DNA from: an archaeon
GTDB lineage: Archaea; Iainarchaeota; Iainarchaeia; Iainarchaeales; JAAZKV01
Reading direction: 5' to 3'
Assembly (NCBI GenBank): GCA_041661245.1
Contig: JBAZUY010000001.1
Span: 156,355 to 220,354 of the forward strand
DNA length: 64,000 nt
Position numbers and translations under genes: made by a program. Position 1 is the stretch's first letter; the number at the start of each line of letters is the position of its first letter. Below, one piece after another: positions 1 to 10,571 of this stretch. The notes beneath the pieces were generated by a model, which ran no database searches, had not been told where the DNA came from, and worked only from the letters and a program-made list of their open reading frames with translations.

Positions 1-592
1 CAGTGTATTTTATTGTTTTATTTTGAATAGTTTGAATATAAGGCGCACTATCTAATGAACAATCTCTTCCAATTAATTGGCAATCAATTATTACTGAAGA
101 AATTGCATGGCTTGCTTGGAAATTTAAGTTAATTGAGTTTTGTGCTTGTAAAGTTACTACTCCGCTAAGCGTTTGTCTATCAGCACCACAAAATACTGTT
201 CCAACTGGATCTCCAGGGTTTGCATATCTATCAATAGTTGTTCCTATTTCTGTTCCGTTAATTGAAATTGTTGTTACTTCATCAGGTTGGTTTTGGTTTG
301 GAGCATCACTTGCATTACCAAATCCGGTTGAAACAACTTGAACAGAACAAATGTGTTCCCCGCTTGATTGAGAAGTAAAAGAATACGTGCATGGTTCACT
401 GCCGCCAGGACCACAATTACCATACATTCCGGGCAATGCTTCTTGTCCGCCATGCAAAGCACAATAATCATCCGCTCTGCAATTAAAAACACTTGAACAA
501 TCAAGAGTAGTTACACTTGCATGAGCAAAAACAGTCATTGCCAATATTAGTAATAAAATTCCACCTAACAAACAAACGTGATTGAACTTCAT
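1..592 (-). CDS. Secreted Cys-rich surface protein, N-terminal part (runs off window edge)
   Basis: Manual translation from ATG at 592: MKFNHVCLLGGILLLILAMTVFAHASVTTLDCSSVFNCRADDYC..., open to position 1; signal peptide; 1 nt after stop of upstream gene. Not in ORF track. Confidence 0.75.
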   Translation of the reverse strand, partial: MKFNHVCLLGGILLLILAMTVFAHASVTTLDCSSVFNCRADDYCALHGGQEALPGMYGNCGPGGSEPCTYSFTSQSSGEHICSVQVVSTGFGNASDAPNQNQPDEVTTISINGTEIGTTIDRYANPGDPVGTVFCGADRQTLSGVVTLQAQNSINLNFQASHAISSVIIDCQLIGRDCSLDSAPYIQTIQNKTIKYT

Positions 593-593
593 G

Positions 594-1175
594 TTAATTC
601 CCCCTCTTTACTACTCTTGCAATAAAAGCGACTACCAAAACTGCAGCCACAATAACTAAAATCCAAAACAAAACCCAATCTGTTAAAGTAAAACTACTTA
701 ATTCTCCGCCCCCTAAACTAAATGAAAATAAACCACTCAAAACTTTTGTTGCATCTTGAGAAAAATTAGAATTTGCTTTTGGTTTGAATACTAAAACAAT
801 TTCTTTTTGAACAGTTTCATTATTTGTAATTGCTTCAATTGTTGCATTAACTTCTCTCTCATCACTAAATTTATTATAAACCGTTACTCGCGCTGTTGCT
901 TTTGAATTAGGTGCAATTTGGTTTGGCACTACAACTTCAACTTTTACTGGTGCGAAAACATTTACTGATAAATTCACTGCACTATTCGAAGGGTTATTTA
1001 TTTCAACTAAAAAAGAAGTTTTATCAAACACTGTTACTGTTTCTGGTGCGCTAATATCTAACGCATATGCTTTGGAAGTAAAAATAACTATTACGAATAA
1101 TATTAACACGAGCAAGTACTCTTTGTCAAAAGAAGAAATTTTCTTTGAAACACTCGAAATGTAATTTGTGACCAT
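594..1175 (-). CDS. Membrane-anchored surface protein (signal peptide, Ig-like beta domain, C-terminal TM)
   Basis: Hydrophobic N-terminal segment, beta-rich core, C-terminal WVLFWILVIVAAVLVVAFIARVVKR anchor. Confidence 0.7.
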   Translation of the reverse strand: MVTNYISSVSKKISSFDKEYLLVLILFVIVIFTSKAYALDISAPETVTVFDKTSFLVEINNPSNSAVNLSVNVFAPVKVEVVVPNQIAPNSKATARVTVYNKFSDEREVNATIEAITNNETVQKEIVLVFKPKANSNFSQDATKVLSGLFSFSLGGGELSSFTLTDWVLFWILVIVAAVLVVAFIARVVKRGN

Positions 1176-1370
1176 AATTAATTTACCCCTTAATTTGGAT
1201 CTTCAATAATAAACCCTGATTAACCCCTTAACCAGACTTTTGTTAACTTTGATAAATTACAAAGTTAGTTCTATTAAGTAATTCCTGTGGAAGAAGTATT
1301 TAAACTTAACGTGTTCACTAAAAGAAGGGACTTTAGGCTATTTTTGCTTAAAACAGCTAAATGAATTAGT

Positions 1371-2015
1371 TTACTTCCGTCTAAGAGACTTAAGTTTAGT
1401 TACAGTTTTTCTTCCAAAAGCAGCAGTATTTTGTTTCCAAACTTTCGCTCGCTCTCTTGCCCGCACTAATTGACTTGGAGAAACTCTTCCATCTAAAATA
1501 GCAGCTTGTAATTTTTCAAGTCGTTTCCTTTTTCTTACACCCAAAGCAACACCCACAGCCGCACCAGCAACAGCACCAGCCGCGCCAACAGGAATAGCTT
1601 GCTTTGTTAGAGGAATAGTTGGTTTTAAACTTAAATAATCTGGAGCCCCACCCAAAATACGATCCTTACCAATTGAAACTAAATGATTATTTGAATCCCT
1701 AACTGTTCGCCATTGTTTTCCAACAGGAATTTGGGCAGGCTTTTGACCTTTTCGAAATAATTTTTGTGCAATACTCCTTGAATCTCTTTCCTGAACTAGC
1801 ACTCTTGCAACTTCTTCTTGCGCGGATTTACTATGCAAATAAGAATTAACTACATTTTCTTTATAACCTAAAGCCAGACCTGCCGCAATAACTCCAACTA
1901 TTGCACCGCGTTTTGCAGAACCCCAAATACCAGGAATTCTTCTTGCAATTCTATTCGCAGCAGCAATTCTCTCTTGCTCAGTAGTAGGTTCAGCCATTTT
2001 TTTCACCAAAAACAA
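1371..2015 (-). CDS. Basic hypothetical membrane protein with Gly/Ala-rich hydrophobic segments (likely start 1997)
   Basis: GAIVGVIAAGLALG and GAAGAVAGAAVGVALG segments; Arg/Lys-rich. Confidence 0.6.
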   Translation of the reverse strand: MFLVKKMAEPTTEQERIAAANRIARRIPGIWGSAKRGAIVGVIAAGLALGYKENVVNSYLHSKSAQEEVARVLVQERDSRSIAQKLFRKGQKPAQIPVGKQWRTVRDSNNHLVSIGKDRILGGAPDYLSLKPTIPLTKQAIPVGAAGAVAGAAVGVALGVRKRKRLEKLQAAILDGRVSPSQLVRARERAKVWKQNTAAFGRKTVTKLKSLRRK

Positions 2016-2039
2016 TATTCACATTCAACAAAAATAATT

Positions 2040-2903
2040 TTATTTAATTGAATTAACTATAACTTTGTCTTGTGCGATAAGATTATCCTGAAGTTCAACA
2101 ACCACAGTATTACTATTTGCCCCAGAAGTAAAAGTTATTGAAAAAGGATTAGTCCCAGAAACAGTTGCATTTGTGTTTTTAGTTTGAATAAATTTATCTG
2201 ATTTATCCAAAGTTGCAGAATATTCTCCGGAAAAGTTTGTTCCAACATATTTTACAGTAAATGAATCTCCTTCATTAAATTCTTTATCCTTAGAAGAAGA
2301 AGTCACAACAAAAAAAGGACTTATATTTGGCAAAGCACTTGTAGAATCTTTTGGAGTTGCAATATACTGTGAAGCAGAATCAAAAATTAAAACCCTATAC
2401 AAATTAGTTCCAACTTTCTTTGATTCAAATACTACAGGATTATTTACTTTTGTAATTTTATAATTTGAATAATCATTATCTTTTATTACGAAAAAGGAAA
2501 TTCCAACCTTGCTATCTACTTCCCCTGACAAATCATAACTCACATCCGCAGGATTTTCTACAGGCAAAAAAGTAAATGATTTTAAGTCCCCAACAACACT
2601 AGGCGCTGCAGACCCCGTTGCGGCAGGAGCGCCTTGTGCAACTCCGCTTTGGAGAATGTTCACCTTTGATCCAGTGGATTCAATAACAATTTTTGCATTT
2701 AAAGTTTTCAAATAATACTCAATAGACTGCCCTGAAAGAACATTAAGATTTACTTGAGGAATATTTAACTGCTCTTTCCCGCTTGTCATATCCCCAATTG
2801 TTGATATTTCTTGCCCTGCGGAAAATACAAGTCCAATCAAACAAACAAATAATGCAAAAGAAGCCAAAATAATTAAACTATTTTTAGTAATCATATGAAC
2901 CAT
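2040..2903 (-). CDS. Secreted hypothetical protein
   Basis: N-terminal signal peptide; closely packed with 2905..5010. Confidence 0.65.
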   Translation of the reverse strand: MVHMITKNSLIILASFALFVCLIGLVFSAGQEISTIGDMTSGKEQLNIPQVNLNVLSGQSIEYYLKTLNAKIVIESTGSKVNILQSGVAQGAPAATGSAAPSVVGDLKSFTFLPVENPADVSYDLSGEVDSKVGISFFVIKDNDYSNYKITKVNNPVVFESKKVGTNLYRVLIFDSASQYIATPKDSTSALPNISPFFVVTSSSKDKEFNEGDSFTVKYVGTNFSGEYSATLDKSDKFIQTKNTNATVSGTNPFSITFTSGANSNTVVVELQDNLIAQDKVIVNSIK

Positions 2904-2904
2904 A

Positions 2905-5010
2905 TTAACTCACCACTCTCATTCCTATTGTTGTTCCATCATTCACATACAAATACTTCTTTGCAATATTTGGATATGCTGAATTAAGCACTGCATAATT
3001 AACGTTAACTGAATAGGTCTCATTCTTTGTTGGTTGACCATCAACAAAAACAACTGAGATAATATTTTTCCCATCTTTAATATCTTTTTTAATTTCTTTA
3101 ATTACAGAAATCCCTTTGGAATCAGTCATACTAATAACTGAATTAATCTTACTTAACTCACTATCGTAAAGCCACTTATCTACATTTATTCCTCTCCAAA
3201 CAGTATCATTTCCAGAATAACTAACTCCTGAAATTTCAAACACACCAGGATTTGAAGGGAATCCTGCCGAAGTCAAAAATGACATCGCTGCAGATTTATC
3301 TCCAGATTTATAATAAAGGTTTCTTACAAAATCAGGAAGATTAGGCAACGCAGGGCCCTCCCCAGTCATTACTTTTTCAGTGTACTCTTGATTAAATCTT
3401 GCAAACACCATTAACATGTGAGTCCCATTAGGCAACTCGAAATTATTATATCGGTCATTTTTAATGTCTGAAATAATACACTTTTTATTTTTGAAATATT
3501 CTGCCAAAGCAGCAGGATCTGAATCTGTAGCCACCGCAACTGAGCAACCATTTTGAACCAAAAACTTCTGTTCATTATCCTTCATAGCAGGCAAATAATC
3601 CGCACCCAACCAAATAAGTTCACTAGGATCAAAGAATGCGGTTGTTTCCCAAACAAGATTACCAGCTCCCCCATAAGATTCATCTATTGCACCATCAAAA
3701 GAATCTTTCAGAGCTTTAAATCGTTTAACGTTCAATTCAAATTGCGGATCAACAATGTACTTTGCACCAATTAATTTCCCATCAACACTTGTTGCATCCT
3801 TCACCATTAAACTTGGAGGAGAAACATTGGGCAAACTTGTTAGAGCTAAAACCCCAATAGCAGTATTATTTACAATTGCATGAGGAATACCCAAGTAAAT
3901 ACCTCCAAATTTAAATATTTTTGAAGCACCTTTAACTACACGAGTATTTTTTATTGCTTGATAAGCTCGACTAATAATTCCCGGTTTAGCTGCAGCAGTA
4001 ACTGCAAATGCATTATCTGCATATCTTGCGCCTGTACCCGCAATTTCTACTATTGACCCGCCAACTTCTTCAGTTGCTTTCAACATTTTACCTGCCCCAG
4101 CAACATCATCAATTGTGAAAAGTAATTTTTTTCCATCAGCAAGAACAGTGTAAACAGTTCTACCTGCAGAATCAGTTTTTGTAACTAGTGGACTTCCAGC
4201 TTTGTAAAGTTTTTCTAATTTAGCAGTTATTTCTCCAGTCATCCTAACCTTGTCAGCATTTAATGCAGGATTAGCTACTGCCCCACTATAAGCAGGACTA
4301 TTAACATAACTTCTAACATCATTTGCAACTTGAGAAAGCATTTTGTATGCCCCTCGAGATTCTTTTAGACCTTTTAACTCACCAGATTCTTTAAGAGTAT
4401 TTAACAAAGCCTTGTACGAAGTAGCATTTTCTAATTTTAAAATATTTTTACTTGAAGTCATGGATTTTATTGTCCTACTTGCATCATCAAAGAAAACTCC
4501 TTTAGTTTGTAAAAATGTTCGTTCAGAATCAGTAATAGCATTAACTGGATCTTTAATTCGATCAACAATAGTTGCAAACTTGGAAGCATCATCAGGAGTT
4601 GCCATTAATCCTTTAAAAAATTTTCCAGGTTCCCCAACAAATTTTGAACCAAGCGGCAAACCAGATGCCCCTGCTTTAGATACATCAATTGCAACCGCAG
4701 TATCTGCAAGAACAGTAGCTGCTTGTCCAGTTTCTTGGATTGTATCCAAAAACTTTGTTTCTACTGTGTTTGTTGAATCAAAAGTTTCATCTAAAACAAA
4801 ACAAACTACATTAAAGTCCTTTCCGGTCCCAACGTCCCCATAAAATGGACTCCCCTTATTCTTTAATGCCTCTTCAATTAAACTCAATCTAACTCCTTGA
4901 TCAACATTCATACAATTATCAAAATCATAATCTGCAAAGGTAAAACTAACTAGGAAAAGCAAAAAAGCAAAAAGACAAATAAGTTTACTATTCATTTGTA
5001 ACAACCTCAT
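2905..5010 (-). CDS. Large secreted hypothetical protein with Ala/Gly/Lys-rich central region
   Basis: Signal peptide (LICLFAFLLFLVSFTFA), 701 aa ORF, no family recognised. Confidence 0.65.
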   Translation of the reverse strand: MRLLQMNSKLICLFAFLLFLVSFTFADYDFDNCMNVDQGVRLSLIEEALKNKGSPFYGDVGTGKDFNVVCFVLDETFDSTNTVETKFLDTIQETGQAATVLADTAVAIDVSKAGASGLPLGSKFVGEPGKFFKGLMATPDDASKFATIVDRIKDPVNAITDSERTFLQTKGVFFDDASRTIKSMTSSKNILKLENATSYKALLNTLKESGELKGLKESRGAYKMLSQVANDVRSYVNSPAYSGAVANPALNADKVRMTGEITAKLEKLYKAGSPLVTKTDSAGRTVYTVLADGKKLLFTIDDVAGAGKMLKATEEVGGSIVEIAGTGARYADNAFAVTAAAKPGIISRAYQAIKNTRVVKGASKIFKFGGIYLGIPHAIVNNTAIGVLALTSLPNVSPPSLMVKDATSVDGKLIGAKYIVDPQFELNVKRFKALKDSFDGAIDESYGGAGNLVWETTAFFDPSELIWLGADYLPAMKDNEQKFLVQNGCSVAVATDSDPAALAEYFKNKKCIISDIKNDRYNNFELPNGTHMLMVFARFNQEYTEKVMTGEGPALPNLPDFVRNLYYKSGDKSAAMSFLTSAGFPSNPGVFEISGVSYSGNDTVWRGINVDKWLYDSELSKINSVISMTDSKGISVIKEIKKDIKDGKNIISVVFVDGQPTKNETYSVNVNYAVLNSAYPNIAKKYLYVNDGTTIGMRVVS

Positions 5011-5584
5011 TTACTGCAAAAGAAGCACAAACTGCAAAAACAGAATCATAATACCGAGTATAAAAATCTGCAGAAGCAACGTATCTTTCGCTGTTTAAAT
5101 CAATAATTAACGTGTTACCTTGCAAATAACTGTTTTTTAGTGCATTTAATCCAGAATACTTTGCACTCAAACTAGACATATTAACATCCAAATCCCCTAA
5201 ATAATCAATATTTTCGCACAAAGTATTTTCATCGGAAGTATACTTATCTAAATCAGCTAAAACAATTTTTTCTTCTTTTTTCAAATCAATTACTCCCAAA
5301 TAGTAAGATTTTAAAGCAGCCGAATTTACATCCCCTATAACTAGATCAATAGAACTAATTCCTTGTCGGAGTTTATCTAACTTAGAAACATCAACCTCGG
5401 CAGAACCCTCGTTTACTAATGAAGAAAAAGTGTATCCATTTTTTGAAAAAACATCCTTTAAAGAAGATTCAAAACTTGTAAGAACTGGTTTTTTCTCAGA
5501 AGGTTGATTGAAATAAAAAAATGCACCTGCAACAATAAGCACTACTAGCACTAGTAACCCCAAGTTTCGCCAGCGTTTATCCAT
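4988..5584 (-). CDS. Membrane-anchored hypothetical protein
   Basis: Single N-terminal TM; first gene of a minus-strand cluster. Confidence 0.65.
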   Translation of the reverse strand: MDKRWRNLGLLVLVVLIVAGAFFYFNQPSEKKPVLTSFESSLKDVFSKNGYTFSSLVNEGSAEVDVSKLDKLRQGISSIDLVIGDVNSAALKSYYLGVIDLKKEEKIVLADLDKYTSDENTLCENIDYLGDLDVNMSSLSAKYSGLNALKNSYLQGNTLIIDLNSERYVASADFYTRYYDSVFAVCASFAVNEVVTNE

Positions 5585-5733
5585 TGAATATCACTTTATT
5601 ACTATTATAGATTAATTGTTCGGGAATATAAATACCTTTGCCCTAAAGCATTTTTCCCAACTTTCACTAATTGTCGAAACTGAGTATGCTACTTTAAATA
5701 TTCTTTTTCTCTATTTATCTTAGTGCTTAATTT

Positions 5734-6513
5734 ATGGCTAAGGTTATTGGAAAAAATATTACTCTTAATTCTGAAGAAACCTCTCTTTTAGGAGAAGGAA
5801 AAGAGTTTGAACTTATTCCAAACAACAAAGGAGTGTTTTTACTAATTGACAAATCACTCTTAAAAGAAAAAGAAGGACAACAAGTTTGTGTAAGTGTTCC
5901 CCAAAAAGAAAATTTGGAAGAAGAAGCACAGCAAGTAATTGGTTTAATTAAACAAGGCAAACTTGGGGACTTAGTTGAAGGAAAGTTTGAACTTACTTTA
6001 AATGAAAAACAAAAAAAAGCCCTACTTGAACTTATTTTGAAAGGAACTGTTTTTGTTTTCAAACTAAACGAAACTTACAAAAAAGGAGTTTATAGAGTAA
6101 AAGAGGAAGAACTTCCAACAGAAAATAACCCTGAAAAGAAAGAATCAGAAAGCATTAATGCCCCTGAGAAACCATTTGACAAATACACTCTTGAAGAAGA
6201 TGGGTTTTTGATAATTAAAGGAAAAGAAAGTGCAGCAAGAGCGTCATTTCAATTTGAAAAAGATATTAAAGAAGGGTTATTAAAAGGAATAAAAAGTTTT
6301 GACGGAAATTATTACTTAATTCAAACAGATTTATTACAAAATTATATTAGCAAAGCAATGGGAGCATTCACAAAAAAATCCACTCAATCCTTAGAAGAGC
6401 TTTCTACAAATTTAAAAGTTTCAAAAATGCTAATGAAAGTAATCTGCGAATTCTTAAAAGACGAAGGCGAAGTAATGGAAAGAAAAAAAGGAATGATAAG
6501 CTATATTAGATAA
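5734..6513 (+). CDS. Hypothetical protein, possible C-terminal winged helix
   Basis: 259 aa ORF with TATA (TTTAAATA ~5693); C-terminal LEELSTNLKVSK...LKDEGEV pattern. Confidence 0.6.
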   Translation: MAKVIGKNITLNSEETSLLGEGKEFELIPNNKGVFLLIDKSLLKEKEGQQVCVSVPQKENLEEEAQQVIGLIKQGKLGDLVEGKFELTLNEKQKKALLELILKGTVFVFKLNETYKKGVYRVKEEELPTENNPEKKESESINAPEKPFDKYTLEEDGFLIIKGKESAARASFQFEKDIKEGLLKGIKSFDGNYYLIQTDLLQNYISKAMGAFTKKSTQSLEELSTNLKVSKMLMKVICEFLKDEGEVMERKKGMISYIR

Positions 6514-6553
6514 AAGAGGATAAAATAAATACCAACAAAACTACTTTTTAAAA

Positions 6554-7540
6554 TTAATTTCCACTTAAAGCATTATTGTATAATGCATTAACATCACTTG
6601 CACTCAAAGCTTTATTCCAAATAGAAATTTCCCCAATTTTTCCTTTGAAATTTACTTTGTTTGGGTCAGCATCAGGCACAATATCCCCAAATCTTATTCC
6701 GGGGCTTGTAGCATTTCCAGTCCCATATGCCCCAGCAACTAATGAAACTCCGTTCAAATAAATACTTTTGAAATTACTACTTTTTGAAGAAACAACTGTT
6801 AAAAGATACCACTTATCTTTTTCCATCAAAACTGAATTAAAAATATCCTTTTCAACGCCACACGAATTATCTATGTTGAAGGAACAAACATAAAATATCA
6901 AATCCTGGTAATAATTTCTTAAAAAAACACCCCCCATATTATTCCCACTAGCCACGTTAGTAATAAACAAACCATAATTTTTTCCATCTCCGGAATCAAC
7001 TAAAGTAAAGCCTGGAGATAACCAAACGGAAATAGTTCTTTCAATACTATTGGGATAAGTATCTAAAGAAAGAACATCATTTTGTCCATCAAATTGCAAA
7101 GCATTCTCACCAAATAAACCAACCACCGGAAGTGGACAAGAATCACCAGAGCAAGTTAAAGAATTCTCGCCAATTGTATCTGCAACTTTCCCCCCAACAA
7201 CATTGTCCATTCTCCAAACAGAATTCAATTCAACAACTAACGGATCTGATTTCAAGTAATAATGATTATTCACCCTATAATACGCCCCACTAGTTTCTTT
7301 GAGTTGATCAAATGAACTATTCGCAGAAGTTATTCCAGAAATACTTTGCTGTTGACCTTGATTCAAAACACTTGTGATTGCAATTGTAACAATTGCTACA
7401 ACCAAAATCGCAGCACCAATAATCAACAAATACTCAATCGCACCCTGTCCACGCAAGTGGGCCTGCGCCCTAGAATTATCAAAAAACATATCCACAATAG
7501 CACTTTTCCACTTAAAAAACTCTTCGAAAAGTCCTTTCAC
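6554..7540 (-). CDS. Class III signal peptide (pilin-like) protein with LamG/ConA-like domain
   Basis: RGQ/GAIEYLLIIGAAILVVAIV motif; ALQFDGQND...FKGKIGEISIWNKALSASDV LamG signature. Confidence 0.85.
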   Translation of the reverse strand: MKGLFEEFFKWKSAIVDMFFDNSRAQAHLRGQGAIEYLLIIGAAILVVAIVTIAITSVLNQGQQQSISGITSANSSFDQLKETSGAYYRVNNHYYLKSDPLVVELNSVWRMDNVVGGKVADTIGENSLTCSGDSCPLPVVGLFGENALQFDGQNDVLSLDTYPNSIERTISVWLSPGFTLVDSGDGKNYGLFITNVASGNNMGGVFLRNYYQDLIFYVCSFNIDNSCGVEKDIFNSVLMEKDKWYLLTVVSSKSSNFKSIYLNGVSLVAGAYGTGNATSPGIRFGDIVPDADPNKVNFKGKIGEISIWNKALSASDVNALYNNALSGN

Positions 7541-7580
7541 TAGAAATATAAACCTTGTTTGAAGTAAATTAATTACAACT

Positions 7581-7651
7581 GGGGTTATGGTATAGTGGTA
7601 TTACGAGCGGCTCCAGACCGCTATAACGGGGTTCGATTCCCCGTAACCCCA
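7581..7651 (+). tRNA. tRNA-Trp (CCA), intronless
   Basis: Acceptor GGGGTTA/TAACCCC, anticodon arm AGCGG-CTCCAGA-CCGCT, GTTCGATTC T-loop. Confidence 0.93.
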
Positions 7652-7679
7652 CTAAGTTATCTTTTTATTTTATTTAAAA

Positions 7680-8012
7680 CTAATATCTCACTTGAAAATC
7701 AATAAATTTTTCTGAATTCTTTATTTCATCCATCACAACATTATCCACTCGCACGTGAGAAGGATTCTCTTTGAAATAAAAAATAAATTCATTAATATTT
7801 TCCTTTTCTCCCTGCAAAATAGTTTCAACACAATTAAAATCAAAAGAATTTTTTACCCAACCGGTTAATCCAAGAGAATTTGCTTTTCTTAAAGCCAAAA
7901 ACCTAAACCCTATCCCTTGAACCCTGCCAAAAAAGTTAACTGAAAAAGTTACAATTACCATAGCAATTAGACAGGCAAAACAAAGTAAAAAGGTTTTGGA
8001 AAGCACAAACAA
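7680..8012 (-). CDS. acyP: Acylphosphatase (likely start ~7961)
   Basis: GRVQGIGFR and GLTGWVKN motifs. Confidence 0.9.
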   Translation of the reverse strand: MFVLSKTFLLCFACLIAMVIVTFSVNFFGRVQGIGFRFLALRKANSLGLTGWVKNSFDFNCVETILQGEKENINEFIFYFKENPSHVRVDNVVMDEIKNSEKFIDFQVRY

Positions 8013-8103
8013 AACTTTAAATGTCTTTTATTTCTTAATTAACTTACTAAAGCGCTGTTTTTACAGAACGTTTTAGGCGATTACCCAAGTCTAAGGTGTT
8101 TGT

Positions 8104-10509
8104 TTGATACAAGAAAAAAGATTTACTAAAGAAATGGAACTCATTGCTTATGAAGAATGGCGAAAAGAAAACGCATTCAAGTTTGATAAAAACTCAAAAC
8201 TCCCTGTTTACTCAATTGATACTCCCCCGCCATACATTAATTCTCCAATACACATTGGGCACGCTTCAACTTATGTAATAATGGATTTTATTGCAAGATA
8301 TAGAAAAATGACAGGACATGAAGTACTATTTCCACTAGGACTTGATCAAAACGGATTACCAATTGAAATAAGCGCTGAAAAAAAATACAATGTTAATTTT
8401 ACTAAAACTAGTAGGGCACAAGCAGTAGAGTATTGTAGAAAACTACTGGATGAAACTAGTGCTGAAAGTATTGATTCATTTTTCAAATGCGGAATCGGAT
8501 TCTCTTCATGGAACGAAGGAGAGGAATTGGGGGAAATATACCAAACTGATTCCCCGGCATACCGATCAGTTACACAAAGCACATTTGTTACACTTTATGA
8601 AAAAGGATTAATTTACGAAGCAAACAAAGTAGTAAACTGGGATCCAAAATTACAAACAACTGTATCTGATTCAGAAATAATTTACGAAGACAGACCAGGA
8701 TTTTTCCACGAAATTATTTTCAAAGTAAAGGGCACAGAAGAACAAGTAATTATTGCAACAACAAGACCAGAACTTGTTTGCACATGCGCAATGGTAATAT
8801 TTAATCCAGAAGATAAACGATACCAACATTTAGAAGGCAAAACTTTAATCACCCCCTATTTCAACAAAGAAGTCCCATGCAAATCACACCCTGTTGCAGA
8901 AATCGATAAAGGAACAGGAATAATGATGATGTGTGCTTATGGAGATTTAACAGACATTCGATTTTTCATGGAACAAAAATTAGAGGGAAAAGTTGCAATC
9001 AATAAAGATGGAACACTAAACGAAAATGCGGGAGATTTAAAGGGATTAAGAATCAAAGAAGCGAGAGAAAAAATAATTGAAGGACTAAAAGCACAAGGAT
9101 TACTAAAAAACATGACTCCAACTGCAGCACACCGAACACCAATCGGAGAAAGAAGCGGAGCAGCAATTGAGTTCATTGAAATGAAAGAATACTATTTAGA
9201 ACAATTAAAATTCAAAGACGAAATGAGAAGAATTGCCAGTGAAGTAAATATTTACGCGCCACAATCAAGACAAATATTACTTGATTGGATTGATTCCGTT
9301 TCAATTGATTGGCCAATTACTAGAAGAAGATTTTACGCAACTGAAGTACCTGCATGGTATTGCAAAAAATGTGGAACTATTTGCTTAGCAGAAAAAGGAA
9401 AATACGTACAACCTTGGAAAGAAGAATACACTGGAACTTGTAAAAAATGTGGAGCTAGTGGAAAAGAAAACTTTGTTGGAGATGAAAGAGTATTTGATAC
9501 TTGGTTTGATTCCTCAATTTCCCCACTTTATATCTTAGGATACGAAAGACACCCTGAATTTTTTAAAGCACACGACAAGTGTTCACTTAGACCACAAGGA
9601 AAAGAAATTGTTAGAACTTGGTTATACTACACTCTTTTGAAAGATTATTTACTAACTGGAAAAACTATTTTCAAAGATGCTTGGATTCACCACCACATTG
9701 TTACTGAAGATGGAACAAAAATGAGTAAATCAAAAGGAAACGGAATTGATCCGCACAAAGTTTTGGAACTGTATGGATCCGGACCATTTAGAACATGGTG
9801 CGCTGTTGAAGGAAACTTGGACAAGAATGATTTCCGTTGCTCAATGCAAAGAATTGAAAACGCTGGAAAATTACTTGAAAAACTTTGGAATGTTTCAAAA
9901 TTCGTTTCAATGTTTGAATTCACTAGCGAACAAGAAAAAAATGTTGAACTAATGGAAATAGATAAATGGATTACTCAAGAAGTAGACAAACTAGTTGTTG
10001 AAGCACAAGAAGGATATGAAAAATATGATTTCCACAATCCAGTTGTTCACATAATTAACTTCATTAGAGACGAATTTGCTTCACACTATGTTGAAACAGT
10101 AAAGAGAAGAGCATACAATAATGACCCAACAATTAAATTCACTAGTGCACAACGAAACGCCGCAGTAAAAACTCTAAGGGATTCACTCAAAACATTACTT
10201 GAACTACTCTACCCAATTAACCCTGCAATGACACACTTCATTTACTCACAATTATTTAACGCACAAATAATTAAAGCAAAATTCCCTACTACAAAAGGAC
10301 TCACAAGCACAATAATTGGAATGGAAATGATTGAATTTAATTCAGCATGCTGGAAAGCAAAGAAAGACAACAATCTAAGTTTAAAGGACTCCATGAAGAG
10401 TGCAACTGCCCCTGAATCACTAAAACCAATCGAAACGGAACTAAAAGCAATGCACAATTTACTTGCAATAGAATTTAAAGGCAAAGAAAGCAAAGTTGAA
10501 GCAAAATAA
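8104..10509 (+). CDS. valS: Valine--tRNA ligase (archaeal type)
   Basis: IDTPPPY, HIGH, ATTRPE, DTWFDSS, RPQGKEIVRTW, KMSKS motifs. Confidence 0.95.
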   Translation: MIQEKRFTKEMELIAYEEWRKENAFKFDKNSKLPVYSIDTPPPYINSPIHIGHASTYVIMDFIARYRKMTGHEVLFPLGLDQNGLPIEISAEKKYNVNFTKTSRAQAVEYCRKLLDETSAESIDSFFKCGIGFSSWNEGEELGEIYQTDSPAYRSVTQSTFVTLYEKGLIYEANKVVNWDPKLQTTVSDSEIIYEDRPGFFHEIIFKVKGTEEQVIIATTRPELVCTCAMVIFNPEDKRYQHLEGKTLITPYFNKEVPCKSHPVAEIDKGTGIMMMCAYGDLTDIRFFMEQKLEGKVAINKDGTLNENAGDLKGLRIKEAREKIIEGLKAQGLLKNMTPTAAHRTPIGERSGAAIEFIEMKEYYLEQLKFKDEMRRIASEVNIYAPQSRQILLDWIDSVSIDWPITRRRFYATEVPAWYCKKCGTICLAEKGKYVQPWKEEYTGTCKKCGASGKENFVGDERVFDTWFDSSISPLYILGYERHPEFFKAHDKCSLRPQGKEIVRTWLYYTLLKDYLLTGKTIFKDAWIHHHIVTEDGTKMSKSKGNGIDPHKVLELYGSGPFRTWCAVEGNLDKNDFRCSMQRIENAGKLLEKLWNVSKFVSMFEFTSEQEKNVELMEIDKWITQEVDKLVVEAQEGYEKYDFHNPVVHIINFIRDEFASHYVETVKRRAYNNDPTIKFTSAQRNAAVKTLRDSLKTLLELLYPINPAMTHFIYSQLFNAQIIKAKFPTTKGLTSTIIGMEMIEFNSACWKAKKDNNLSLKDSMKSATAPESLKPIETELKAMHNLLAIEFKGKESKVEAK

Positions 10510-10571
10510 ACAAAAAAAAGCTTTGACAGGAACTATTTAATACCCCTTTTTCCTTTCTAAATAAGGGATTT

